DNA of 64,000 nt, from NCBI GenBank assembly GCA_010093995.1, contig ML992518.1, positions 1 to 64,000 of the forward strand. The letters are read 5' to 3'. The DNA is from Elsinoe ampelina (taxonomy: Eukaryota). Below, piece after piece: positions 24,730 to 38,104 of this stretch. The notes beneath the pieces are model-generated. The model worked only from the letters and a program-made list of their open reading frames with translations, made no database searches and was not told the DNA's origin. A program made the translations under genes and the position numbers. How positions within the stretch are numbered: position 1 is the stretch's first letter; the number at the start of each line of letters is the position of its first letter.

Positions 24730-27700
24730 CTACCTTCTCTCTTAAACGTATTTACTCTTAAACGCTATTATATATTATTTATTAATCTATCTTAGCCTTA
24801 GCTTATCTATATAAGAATCTAGATAGTTGCGAAGTACATCGGCTACTCCTTTAAGATTATTAATTAGCTACTAGGTAAGGTCCTTTAGATAGTTTTTCTA
24901 GCTTATATAAGTAACTAGCTTACTACGTAGTATATATATATTAATTATATTATCTACCTCGTATTTCTCTTTACTATCGACTTCTACTAGAGGTAGTTCG
25001 TTAAAGGCTTAGCCTAGTAGAGAGTTATTTAGGTACTTAGTAAGAAGATTAGCGTAGAATACTAGGTAGATCCTTTATAGCGTAGCTAGTAGATTAAGCT
25101 TATATACTAGCAGTAATTATTTCTTAAGGATCTTATAGGGACCGATATACTTTAGTAGTAGCTTTAGATTACTCTATAGCTAGAGGTTCTTTATTAATAG
25201 CTAAACTAAATTGCCTACCTTAAACTCTATTAGCTAGTAGTGCTTATTAGCTTATTCTACTATTCGTAACTAGGCGATAGCAAGGTTAGCCTTAGTAATA
25301 GCTAGTACCTCTTCTAGTTACTTAGTAAGTACGCGGATGTCGATCTAATTTAGCTTAGCTCTTATTAATAGTACGTCGAAAGGAGGCTAGAAGCTTAGCT
25401 TTAGCTTATATTCTCTAGTAACCTTAAATAGTAATAGCTTAGTACTCTCTAATAAGTTAACGTTAGTAGAGAATTCTACGACTAGTAGAATAAGTATCTA
25501 ATTACTAAAGCGTATAGTATATAAACGAATAACTTACTTAAACTTATAATTTATAATCTCTAATTAGCTATCTATTTATAGATACCCTATAGTAGACAGT
25601 TTAGTAATAATCTTTAGGATTTAGTAGAGCCTCTTCTATACGTCGCTAACGAACTAAGGGCTATAATCCGAGGTAATACTATCTAGTAGACTATGTAGTT
25701 TCTACATATAGAAGAATAATAGCTTAGTAGTCTCGAACGCTAAAGTACTACCTTCTCTAGAGAAGTATAGGATTAAGTACCGTTCCTTAGATAGGTAGTC
25801 GACGATATAGAGCACTACGTTATAGCTATCTACTAGAGGTAGACTAGTAACAAAGTCTATAGTAATATGTTACTATAGTCTTACTAGAATAGGTAATAGT
25901 AATAGAAGGCCGGCTAGTAAGCTATAGTAAGCCTTTAAGCGCTTATAGTTATAATAGTTAGCGACGAACCTCTTAACGTTACTATCGTATCTAGAGATAT
26001 AGAAAGTAGACTTAATTATAGTAGCTGTTTTAGTAGCTCTTTCGTATATATAATTCTTCGATATATAGACTCCTTAGATAACCTTTATAGCTATAGAGAA
26101 AGGCACGATTAACTAGCTAGCGGCGTATAGTATTCCTTTCTCGATTATAATATTAGTTAATAGTAACTATTTTCTCTTTAGGAAGGCTTCTATTATATAG
26201 TAGATACCTCGAGCTAACTTAAACTTAGCGTCTTATAAGTTAGCCTTAGCTACCTTATCGAAAAGAGGTAAAGGCTCTTCTATAGTCGAAATAGGTACTA
26301 TATAGATGTCTAGTTTAGTAGCTAAAATAGGCACTAATATAGGTAGTAAAATAGAAAGTAAACTAGAAGGTAAAATAGGTAACGAACTAGATAGCGAACT
26401 AGTTTATAAACTAGATACTAAACTAGATCTTAGTTCGGCTTAGATTAGTAATCTAGTTCGGATGCGACCTAGATTTAGTTTATTAATAATACGCTAATCT
26501 AGCACCTTATATAGTAGTAGTGTCTAGCGTAGATTAGAGTCTTCTTTCGAACGTAGTACGTCTCTATTTCTCCTTATAAGTACGTCGGCCTTACTATTAG
26601 TAGCGCTAGGCCTATATATAATCTTAAAGTTAAACTACGTAAGGTAGAGAGCCTAGCACACTTAGCGGCGTAATAGCTTCTAAGTCTTTATAAAGTATAT
26701 TAAGAATTAGTAATCGGTAAGAATGTAGATAGCCTTATTAGATTAAGTACTTATAAGCTTAAGAGCCTACTCCTCGAAGGCTTAGATAATAGCTAGTAGT
26801 TCCTTATCGTAGATAGCGTAGTTATATTTAGCTTTATTTATAGATTTACTAAAAAAGGTAATAGGCTAAAGAACGTTAGACTTGTTGTATTATAATAGAA
26901 TTCTAGTAGTAGTAGTGTCGGAGGTGTCTATCTTAAGAACTATCTATTTTAAGCAATTAAAGTATGTAAGGATAGGCGCGCTTATAATAGTGTACTTTAT
27001 ATAATTAAACGTAGTAGTATACCTATTATTCTATAGTATAGCGTCCTTCTTAAGTAGATTGTTTAGTAGCTTAGCAATAGTACTAAATCCCTTAATAAAG
27101 CGACAATAGTAGCTATAGAAGCTAATAAAGCTCCTTACTTAAGTAGTATTACTAGAGGCTAGCTATTTCTATACTTATATAGCTTCTACCTTCTTAGGAT
27201 CTATCTTAACTCTATCTCGGCTAATAATAATACTAAGGTACTTTACCTCTATTAGGTAGAACTTACTCTTCTTAATATTAGTATTTAGGCCTAATTCGTA
27301 GAGCCTTAGAGTACTAGCTTAATATACTTAGCGTACTTTTAGCAAGAGCTATTTATATAGATAAGAATATTATCTAGGTAGATCGATATAAAGCGCTCTA
27401 GTATATTAACAAAGTTATAATTATAAACCTCTACTAAACTATAGAGGCATTAGTAAGACCGAATAGTATTACTAGCTACTTAAAGTTACCTATATATATA
27501 AAGAATATAGTAAGATCTTTACTATCGACGGAGTTATAGAGGTAGTAGAAGGCTTAATAAATATTAATCTTACTAAACTATTTAGCCTTACTTACGTATG
27601 TAAGTGTTTCTTCGATAAGAGATAGAGGATAGATATCTCGCTTAGTTACCTCGTTAAGGCTATAGTAGTTAATGTAGAGACGGAGTTCTCTACCTAGCTT

Positions 27701-28987
27701 ATAAATAAAAAGAATAGGTAAGAAATAGCTAGCGGAACTTAGTATAATAAAGCCTTTATTAAGATATTCTTAGATAAATTATTCTACTATATCGAGTTCT
27801 TCTAGTAATAGGCAGCGTAAAGGCTCTATATATAGTAGCTTAGCGCTATCTTTAAGTGTAATACAGTTGTTAAAATCCGGCCGATACTAAGGAAGTATAT
27901 TAGATTATTCTTTAGAGAAGACGTTAGTAAACTTCTATAGCTCCTCTAGGAAAACTACTATAGGATCTAGTTCTAGCTTAGAGGCTATCTAGTAGTAGTC
28001 TTTAATATTCTTTACTAAGATTATAAATACCTTATTCTCTTAGTATTTAGCTACTATTATAAAGGTAGCTACGCTAATAAAGGTAATAGTTAGCTCTTCT
28101 TATTTAGTATTACTTACGTAGGTAAGTAAGTAGAAGAACTTATATATTAACTAAGTACTATAGGAGATTAGCTTAAACTCTCTCTAATTTAGCTTAAAGT
28201 TCGACCTAAGAGCTAGTAGCTAATATAGTCTAGTTTATACTAACTTAGTAGCCGAGCTAGAACTTAGTTTACGAGTTAGACTAGAACTAAACTAGTTCTA
28301 AACTAGGACGGCGGCTTTACTAAGCTAGATTTCTAGATCTAAGCTAGGCTTAGATCTAGATCCTAGTCTTTTAATTAGCTACGGTAGCTCCTACTTAATA
28401 ATAACTAATAAAAACTCTTCTTTATACGTAACTTAGCTATACTCGTAGTTAATAGTAGCTCTATTAGCTTTAAGCTAGCTAAGGCTAAGAATAATATTAA
28501 AATAGCTAATATCTATAATACGGAAGGTAGTAAGAGCGTTTAGCTTACTAGAGACGGTAGTAGTAAAAGGAACACTATAAGTAACTTACTCTATTAGAAC
28601 ACTATTATAAGCCTAAAGCTAAATAGAGCTAGCTAACGCTATAGGGCAGCCGAAGCTCTTTAGCTTATTAAGGACGTTATAATTAACTATAGTACTAATA
28701 AGCGCACTAGTATTAATAAAGGCTTAAAGTATAATAGTATAAGAGTAGTTATAAGGGTCGTAAATAGTAATAGGAGTTATAATAGCGGGGATATAGTAGC
28801 TAATAACGCTATTTATTAAGCGTATACCTCCTCTAGATCTATCTTAAATTACTCTTATTCCGCTAAAGAATAGAACTTATTCTCTAGCTACTCGTTTCTC
28901 TAGCTAGAGTAGTTAGTAGACTTGTAGTCTATTTCGGAGTTAAACTAAGGCTAAACTAGATCTAGTTCGTAGGCTAAACTAGTATTA

Positions 28988-29185
28988 TATAAGGACTAAC
29001 GTAGTAAGTATACTACGCTAGCTTACTCTAGAGATACTATTCTCTGTAGGAGAATAAAATACTTCTCGCCTATAGAATAGATAGAGTAGAGATTAGTCTT
29101 ATAATAATTAAGGGTATACTAGTATAACACCTATTCTACTCCTATATACTTATCTTTCTAGCTCTAATATTCTACCTTCGTTATA
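28988..29185 (+). repeat. 5' LTR of Gypsy D
   Basis: Matches 36082-36279. Confidence 0.92.
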
Positions 29186-32100
29186 ATTCTAATCTCTCTT
29201 ATATCTTATCGAATAGAGCTATATAGATAAGATAGTACCCTATACTTAGCGCTAGCGAAACAACTAACTACCGCTAGAGTAGTACTAGTATAGATAACTC
29301 TCTAATAGCTTAGCTATTAGTAAGACATTTACCGAATTAGCTATAACTCTAGAAATAACTCCTATTAAAGATTACTAGGCTAGGGAAGGCCTAGTACTAA
29401 GACTATACTACGCTAATATAGCTCCTATAGAAAGTATAGCTAACATAGGAAATAATACTATATATAAAGCGCTTCTTACTTATATCGCTTAGCTCGAGAA
29501 TATACTTAGTAGTTACTTTCTAGTTATAGCGCTAGTGCTACGTAGTTGTTTTAATAATGTATAACTTAATAATATCTACCTAATAAACCTACAAATTATA
29601 AGAGAGTATATACTAAACTTATACTACTTCGAGGCCTTAGAGTCTACTATTATAGTAAGAGTTAAGGAATTTATACACACGTATAATAACGTCTTTAAGA
29701 TAGTACTAAATATCTACTTTAAAGAAGTTACTTAGTACTATATAGCTACTAGCTACTTAAAAGGTTAGCTTAGCTATAATTAGGACTTATATACTAAGAG
29801 CGCTAGCGTCGTGCCCTTATAGAGCCTAATATAGTCCTAGCTTTAGGACTAAGCCTAGAGTTCTAAAAACTATAGTAATAGCTACGTAGTAAAGTTCTTT
29901 ATATTACGCTAGTATAGAGAATAGTTAAACACTAATTTCTATACGTTCCTCGATAGTTACGAGCTCTATATTAAGATAGCGCTACTCCTAGACAACGCCT
30001 ACTATATATAGCTTATTGCCTATACTACGCCGGAGCTACGCTCGGAAGTACTCTATTAGAGGAACTTACCCCTAATTAAGGTAGAACTCTTAGTATATCT
30101 ATCCTATTTAGAGTAGAACCTACTAGGCTACTCTAACCCTATATAGGGGTAGTATAAGTATAACGCTAGAGAGAAGACTAATACTTTTACTAAAAGGCCT
30201 TACTATAATAAAGACTATAAGGGCTAAAAGGACTAGTAGAGTAGCGCTAATACTACTCCTATAGCTCCCCGACCTAGCGCTACTTACTCTTATAACATCT
30301 ATAAGAGCCTAGACTATTAGGCGCTAAACTATCTCTAGAAGAACTCTTTAAAATAGATAGTGTTCTTATATTTACTAATCCTAAGCGGCTCTAGAGCGAC
30401 GTAGAATATATACTAAATTCGCGCCGATATTATAGTTAACCTACCTAAAGGCCCTATCGAAGAGGTAGCTCTAATAGATAGTAGCGCCGATAGTAACTTT
30501 ATTAGCTAGTATTTTACTATACGCTATTATATCGCTATCGACCCTCTAGTAGTATACTAAGTATATAGCTTAGATAAACACGAATTAACTACCTATAGAT
30601 ATACTAAGTTAGCCTTTACTATTAAGGATAGTAAAGGAATAATATAGGTATTACGCTAGCAGTTTAAAAGTGTTAATATAACTAGTTATAATCTTATATT
30701 AGGCCTACTATAGCTATTGTCCTATAACTCTAAGATTTAGTAGAGCGCTAGTACTTAGAGGTATTATACTAGCGCTATATAGGTATTAATCCTAGATATA
30801 CTCTTCTTCTTCTAGGAGCTAAATTAGCCTAACGCCTAGCTCTACCTAGTATATATACGCTAGGACGAACCTAGCGCTCTAACCTTACTATACTAGCTTA
30901 ATAACTATATAGACGTTTTTAATAAGAGCGTAGTAATAGCGCTACTAAGTAATAATTTTACTTACTCTATTAATATTAAAGAGAAGAAATAGCTACTCTA
31001 GGGACCTATCTACTCCCTCGGTAAGAAGGAGCTTTAGGTACTTTAAGAGTATATAGATAATAGCTTAGTAACGAGTTAACTCTAGTATAGTACTAGCTCT
31101 ATAGAGTCTTTTATTCTATTCGTTCCTAAGAAGAATAGTTCGCTACGCCTATATATTAACTATTATAGGCTAAATAATATTACTATTAAGAACTATTACC
31201 TCTTACCTCTAATTACTAAGATACTTAATTACATTAAGAGTATATACTTATTTAGTAAGCTAGACCTTATAGATGTCTACTATAGGGTATATATCTAGCG
31301 CGGCGATAAATAGAAAATAGCGTTCCGCTATTACTATAGCTACTTTAAATATACTATTATACCTTTTAGCCTTACTAATGCTCTAGCTACGTTCTAGGCT
31401 TATATATATTAGTACTTAAGTAGCTTAGTAGACTACTACTATATTATATACCTAGACGATATTCTAATCTATACTAGCGATAAGTAAGAGTATTACTAGG
31501 CTATTAGAAGCGTACTAGACTACCTATGTAAGAATAGCCTCTATATAAAACTAAAGAAGTATATCTTTAAGGTAATATATGTAGTATTTCTAAGCTACGT
31601 TATTAGTAGTAATAGTGTTATAATAGAGTAGCTCTAGGTGTAAGCTATTACTAACTAGCCTACTCCTACTAGCCTTAAGGAGTTATAAACCTTTCTTAGA
31701 TTTACTAATTTCTACTATTAATTTATTAAGAGCTTCTCCTGCGTAGCGCTACTACTAACTACGCTTATATAAGAGTTAGTCTAAGGGAAGTAAGTAGGCC
31801 TATTTCTATAGAGTAATAATATAGCGTAGGCCTTCGATAGGCTTAAAGCTACCTTTATATAAGCGCCTATACTATACTACTTTTTATTAAGTAAGCCTCT
31901 CTAGCGTAAGACTAACGCTTTAGATTTTATACTCTCTAGAGTAATCTCCTAGCAAAACGAAGATAATACTCCTACGTAATACTAGTACTCTATAGCGTTC
32001 TAGTTCTAGAAGCTATAAGGTATAGAACTAAACTACACTACCTACGATAAAGAGCTTCTTACTATTATAGAAGTAGTATAGTACTAGCGCTAGTACCTAC

Positions 32101-35100
32101 TTAGCGCTACTACCCTAATTAAAGTCCTCTCTAACTATAATAACCTTAGGTATTTCCTAACTACTAAGAAGCTTTTATAGCGCTAGACCTACTACGCCGA
32201 GGTACTAGCGTAGTTTAATATTATTATCTAGCACCGTAGTAGAAAGACTAACCTAGCTAATAGCCTATTATATAGACCTAACTACTATAAGCATAAAGAA
32301 GATATATAGGAAAAGCGCTATATATTAGTTCTCCTCTTAGAGTAAGCGTTATAAATATAAAGCGAAGGAGTTATACCTATATCTATTATAGATAAGAAAC
32401 CTAAGGCTAGTAGGGCCTAGGAAAATAGTAATAAAGCTAGTATAGCTTATATACCTTAAACTACTCTCTAACGTAACGCGCTTATATAATTCTAGCATAC
32501 CTCTAGAATAGCGCCTATAAGTCTATCTATTACCTTAGGAGCGCTATAGCTATACTAAGAAGAGTTAAAGCCTCTAGAGTAAGAAGAGTAGTACCTAAAG
32601 AGTACTTATATAAACCTTCCTCTAAGCTTAACTAGCAATATTAAATTAGAATAATATACGCCTACCCTAGCATTCTAGAACGTACCGCTACTTGCCTAGG
32701 AAATAATAGAGAGCTAAGGGTATAAAGATAGTATAACGCCTATATAACTCTAGGACACTTCTAGTAGAAAGCCTACTATAATTTTAGACTAGAGTCGGTA
32801 GATTATACGCTTCTATACTATATAAGTACTAGTAGACGAGACTATATATACCTCTTCTACTCCTACGTTACTCTAGGACCTTATCTATATAGTATAGTAA
32901 AGAAATACCTTTACTTATAGTAAGAAATAGAAACTTCTAAAAGAGAGAACTATAACTAGCAATAGTACTACCCCTAAGTAGAGCCTATCTAGCGATAGCT
33001 TACTCTAGAACAGAGATAGGGTATATATTCTAGAAGAAACTACCTTAAGAGTAGAGCTTATATAGCATAATTATAATAACTTCTTAGGGAGTTACTTTAG
33101 CTATATAAAGACCTACCTTAATATAAGAAGGAAGTACTAGTAGCTAGGTATATCTATCGCTATAAAAGTATATATTAAGCGCTACGATAGCTACTAAAGG
33201 TATAAGGTAATATAGTATAAGCCTTATAGCCTTCTATAACCCTTACTAATCCTACCTATACTCGAGGCCTTATAATACTAGTTGCTTAATTTTATTACTA
33301 GCTTACTTCTAGTAGAGCTCTAGCCCGGCGTTATTATAGACGTAATTGTCGTATATATCTATTACTTATCTAAGTTTAGTATCTATACACTAACGTTAAC
33401 TAAGCTTAACGCTAGAAACTTTACTAATCTATTTAAAATAGATATTATAACGTTATTTAGAACGCTAAAGACGCTAGTCTTAGATAGAGAGTCTATCTTT
33501 ATAAGTAAATTCTAGAGTACGCTATACTAGTACTAAAAGGTATAACGTAAGCTTAGTACTAGTTTCTATCTATAGAGAGATAGCTAAACTAAAAGGCAAA
33601 ACTAGACACTAGAGTAGTACCTACGCTACTTTATCGACTATTACTAGACGGACTAGCCGTACTAGGTTAAGTAGGCGCAATTCGTATATAATAACACGTA
33701 TTAAGCGTTACTATATACTACGCTAGCGTAGTTCTTATTTACGTAGGAGATATGCCTACCTAACAATATTAAGGCGCTAGCGCTACCTAGCTACGCGCTA
33801 GTATATAACCTATTAGTTAATAACTAAGTATCATCTATTACTAAAACATATACGGAGCTTACTCGATACCTATATAAAGTATAGAAAGACTAAGCGCTAG
33901 CCTATAATAGAGGTTAATAAGTAAAAGTCTTCTATAATAGTAACAAAGTTATACTTAGCACTAAGAACCTTCATAGCGCTAGACCTAGCTATAAGCTATT
34001 AGCTAAGTATATTAGCCTATTTATAATTATATAACGAATTAGTATATAGGTATATAAGCTATACTTACTAGACAAAATAAAGCTAATCTATAACGTCTTT
34101 AATATTACGCTACTAGAGCTATATAGGCGTAGTAAGGGCATATGCCTACTACCCCTAGAGGTAGAAGGGTATAAAGAATATATTATTAAACGTATCTTTA
34201 ATAAGGGCTATACTAGCACTCTAAAGGCGCTATACTACCTAGTAAAGTAGTAGAGTTACTCTATAGAAGAAAGCATATAGAAGCTAGTAAAAAACCTTAT
34301 AAACGCTAAGGAATTACTATATAAATATAAGGTAGCTTAGCGTAAGTATAGCGCTAGCTAAATACTCTAGATATACTTAGGATTAATAAGTTAAAGGTAT
34401 AAATTTTTAAAGTAAAGAGTACTTAGACGTAGTACTAGGTTAGCTCGGGGTATTATTAGCTTATATAGGGAGAATACTAGCGTAGTAAAAACTATAGAAT
34501 TATACCGAAGCGAAGGGGGTATAGTATAGGCGTAGCGCCCTAGCTTCCCCTACCTTAACTATCTATATTATCTACCTTAGTCTTATCCTTATTCTCCTCC
34601 TTAATACTATTAATACGCCTAGTTAGCGCCCTTATAGCGTTATTAATCGCCTATATAGTAGCGGCTTACTTATTCTTAGTAACTACTTATAAGGAAGTTA
34701 GTATAGCTTAGGCGTTATAAGGGCGTACTTCTAGACTTATATAATTAGCTAAAGCCTTAAGTATAAAGCTAGTATTACTAATTATACCTAGGCGTAGCGC
34801 CTTCGCTAGCTACTTAGTATTAACTTTAGGGGTAGAGAGCGTAGTAATAGTGCTATTATAGCGTAAAGAAGTTATACTATTACTATTACTCTTATTAACT
34901 ACCTTGCCCTTACTCTTAGCGTTAGACTTGCTTTACGTACGCTTAGCGCTAGCTTTCTTATATATATAGTTAGTATAGGTAGTAATCTAGCGCTTTAGAA
35001 GAATAATGTTCTTCTTAGGAGTAGTAGCGTTATTATAGAGTAGTATATACGTAGCGAAGTATTCGTCCTAGAGCTTCTTAGTAGTAACTTAATCCTTAGG

Positions 35101-36081
35101 GTTAAGCTTAGTAGGCTACTAAGGTTAGTATAAAGTAGGCGTAGCGTAGGTATAGAGTATACCTAGTAGTAGTGTTTATTACTATAACTATAATAATTAT
35201 AGTAGGTAGCCTTAGCCTTAGTAATCTAGTAGAGAGGATCCTTAATAGGAAGTATACTATCTTCGAGCTAGAGGTGCTTATTAATAGTAATAGCGTAGCG
35301 TAAGTATAGTATAGAATACTAGTTCTAGTTAGTAAAATTGCTCTTATAAGATCTATAAAAGGTTAGCGCTAGTATAGCGTAAGTGCTATATATAATACTT
35401 ACTCCTTAGGAACTTTAGGAGCTATAGTTATTAAAGTATATAAGCGTATAGAAGGTAAGCTAGCGTAGAGCTAGAATAATAAAGGAAAAAAAATTACTAC
35501 GTAGGTACTATACTAGATTAGTAAATAAACAACTAAATAGATAAGCTCGATAGCTAGATCTATAGTAGCGTAGGCTTAGTATATACGCTAAGTCTCCCCT
35601 ACTAGCCCTTAGGCTAGTAAGACCTAGTCTATACTATATAGTGCCTAAAATAGGTTACTAGTATAGTATTAGACCTACGTAAGTATAGAGCTAGCATTAA
35701 GTAGAATACTTACGTAAAGAAAGTATTATAAAGGAGAAAAGAAGGAGAGAAGAAGAAGAGAAGAATATATATCTAGCTCTAAGCTAAGACTAATCTAGAG
35801 AACAATAGGTAGTAGTATATAATAATAAGTAGATTCTTATATATAAAGATAATAACGTAAGAGCGCTATATTCTATATATAAAGAATTATACTATTATTA
35901 CTATATCTAGTATACGAAGAATAGTATAGGCTACTATAGGCGCGCTATATACGTAAAGAGTACGCTACGCCTAAGAGGCGCTAGTAAGACGCTCTTTTCT
36001 AGTTTTCTCCTATACTAGGTTTTTTAGGTTTTATTAAGGCTTATAGGCGCGAGAGTATACCCCTTAAAGGGGAGAAATAAT

Positions 36082-36279
36082 TATAAGAACCGACGTAGTA
36101 AGTATACTATACTAGCTTACTCTAGAGATACTATTCTCTATAGAAGAATAAAACACTCCTTACCTATAGAATAGATAGAGTAGAGATTAGTCTTATAATA
36201 ATTAAGGGTATACTAGTATAATACCTATTCTACTCCTATATACTTGTCTTCCTAGCTCTAATATTCTACCTTCGTTATA
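36082..36279 (+). repeat. 3' LTR of Gypsy D
   Basis: Matches 28988-29185. Confidence 0.92.
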
Positions 36280-37901
36280 TATTAACCTAGTTACTTAATT
36301 CGGCTAAGCGATCCTAAAGCTACTATATCTCCTTTATAGCGCTAATACGTATAGGGCATATAGTAGCGTAAGTAGCCTTCTCTAAGGCGCTAGCTATATA
36401 CTTAGTAGAGATATATCTAGGCTTACTATATGTATAATAGGTAAGTACTAGAGCTAGACGGAAAGGCTATAGAGTACCTCTAGTAATAGAGCGAAAGGTA
36501 GGTAGAGCTATAGGCGCGAAGGTAAAATAAGGTACGTAAGTAGGTATAGTAGTAGCGTAGCTTATAGCTAGTATAGAACATAAAGCCTAAGTGCGCTTAG
36601 TAATAAGGTTATTCTATTAGATGTTATAGTCGGTAGTATAGGCCTTAGTAATAAAGGTAGCAAGGTTATTAGTGTCGTAGTTAACTAGAGTATTACGTAG
36701 CTTATTAGATATCTTCTAATAGATCTAGTATAGCTACTTCTCTTTAGCAATCTTAGCGCAAAGAGCGTACTTATTAAACTTGCTAATAAAGGAGTTAAAT
36801 ATACTATTACACTAGAAGAGGTTAGCGAACTAAGTATATATAGTAGCCCTATAGTTAGGATCCTCGAAGCGCTAGGCTAAGAGAGTAAGGACCTCTTCGA
36901 CGCTAATAACGTTATTACTAGCTAAGTCTATAACGAGGGTATAGGCTTCTCTAGAGAGGCGTAAGTATAGATAGGTAAACTAGGTGTCTCTTATAGGGAA
37001 ACGATCTATATTAGCGTATATCTTATTTCTTATCTAGTACTTAAAGACCTTAAACTACTTTAGTATACCTATACTAAAGATAGTAGAGTCTAGTATCTTT
37101 TCTAATAAGGTAGAGCTACGTATAGAAAAGACTAGTATACTACGCTCTATCTCGTTTCTTAGTTAGTTTACTTTATCCTTAAGCTCTTAGATTTTATCTA
37201 GGTAGCGAGTAGCTTAGGTAGTAATACCGTCAGTATAGAACTAAGATACGTCTAGTTCGGATTAGAGGTTACCGAGCTAGGCCTAAGTAGTATCTAATTC
37301 GTAGTAATAGTAGAGAGCGTTAGTATAAGTACCTTTTACCTACGTAGTTTACTTATTATAGAAAGACTTAATATAGTTAAATATGTCTCTTAGTACCTAT
37401 ATACTATACTCTTCCTATAGCTTCTTAAGGAGTATAGCGTTAGAGAGAGTAAAAAGATTATAGTAGAAAAAGTAGATAGAGGCGTTATTATTATTAGAGA
37501 TAGGTTAAGGTAGCTTACTTTAGTAGCGCTCTTCGTTACTATAGTTAGATTAAGCTATACTTAGCATAGTTAGTCGTAAATATAATAGTAGAAAAAGTTA
37601 ATACGTAATAAAGAGAATATTAAAATTTTTAGCTAGCGGCCTACTTCCTTTAAGAGTCGTCTATAACTTAACTTATTATCTTCTTTTTATATTTGTAGTT
37701 CGTAGTATTAACCTATATAGTAGTAGCGAGAATCTATTATAGTATACGTAGGAACTATAGTCGTAATAGCTTCTTCTTTAATTCTTTAATTCTTTAATTC
37801 TTTATAAGTAGTAGTTATTAGTAGTTATATAAGTAGTAGAATAACTAGATAGTTTAATAGCTCTATCGCTTAGTCGTAGTTATTTCGAAGTCTTAATATA
37901 G

Positions 37902-38104
37902 TAATTACGACTAGTAAGATAAGAGGTTAATTACGTCTATTTATTAAAATATTAAGACTTAGAAGAAAAAGAAGAAAGCTAGTATACAAAGTATATGTAA
38001 TATTAAGAGCGAAGCGGCCGGAAGCCCGGGCTATAATACCGAGATTACGTAACTAATCTAAACTAGATCTTAACTAAATCTAGTTTGTAATTTATCTTAT
38101 ATTA
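37902..38104 (-). repeat. 5' LTR of Gypsy C
   Basis: Matches 24527-24729. Confidence 0.9.

Larger units (their letters stand above)
28988..36279 (+). mobile_element. Gypsy/chromovirus D (7.3 kb, innermost), 198-bp LTRs, TSD TATTA
   Basis: LTRs at 28988-29185 and 36082-36279. TATTA at 28983-28987 and 36280-36284. PPT AAAGGGGAGAAA before the 3' LTR. Protease LIDSSA ~30471, RT YLDDILIY at 31449, integrase, chromodomain YLVK**SYSIEESI* ~34236. Confidence 0.92.
24527..38104 (-). mobile_element. Gypsy/chromovirus C, 203-bp LTRs, TSD CTAGT, inserted in the hAT
   Basis: LTRs at 24527-24729 and 37902-38104. CTAGT at 24522-24526 and 38105-38109. Polypurine tract on the minus strand next to 24729. RT YLDNIL ~27380. 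CCHC relic (TYYTYSKPRYISTKY) ~36400-36442. Confidence 0.9.
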
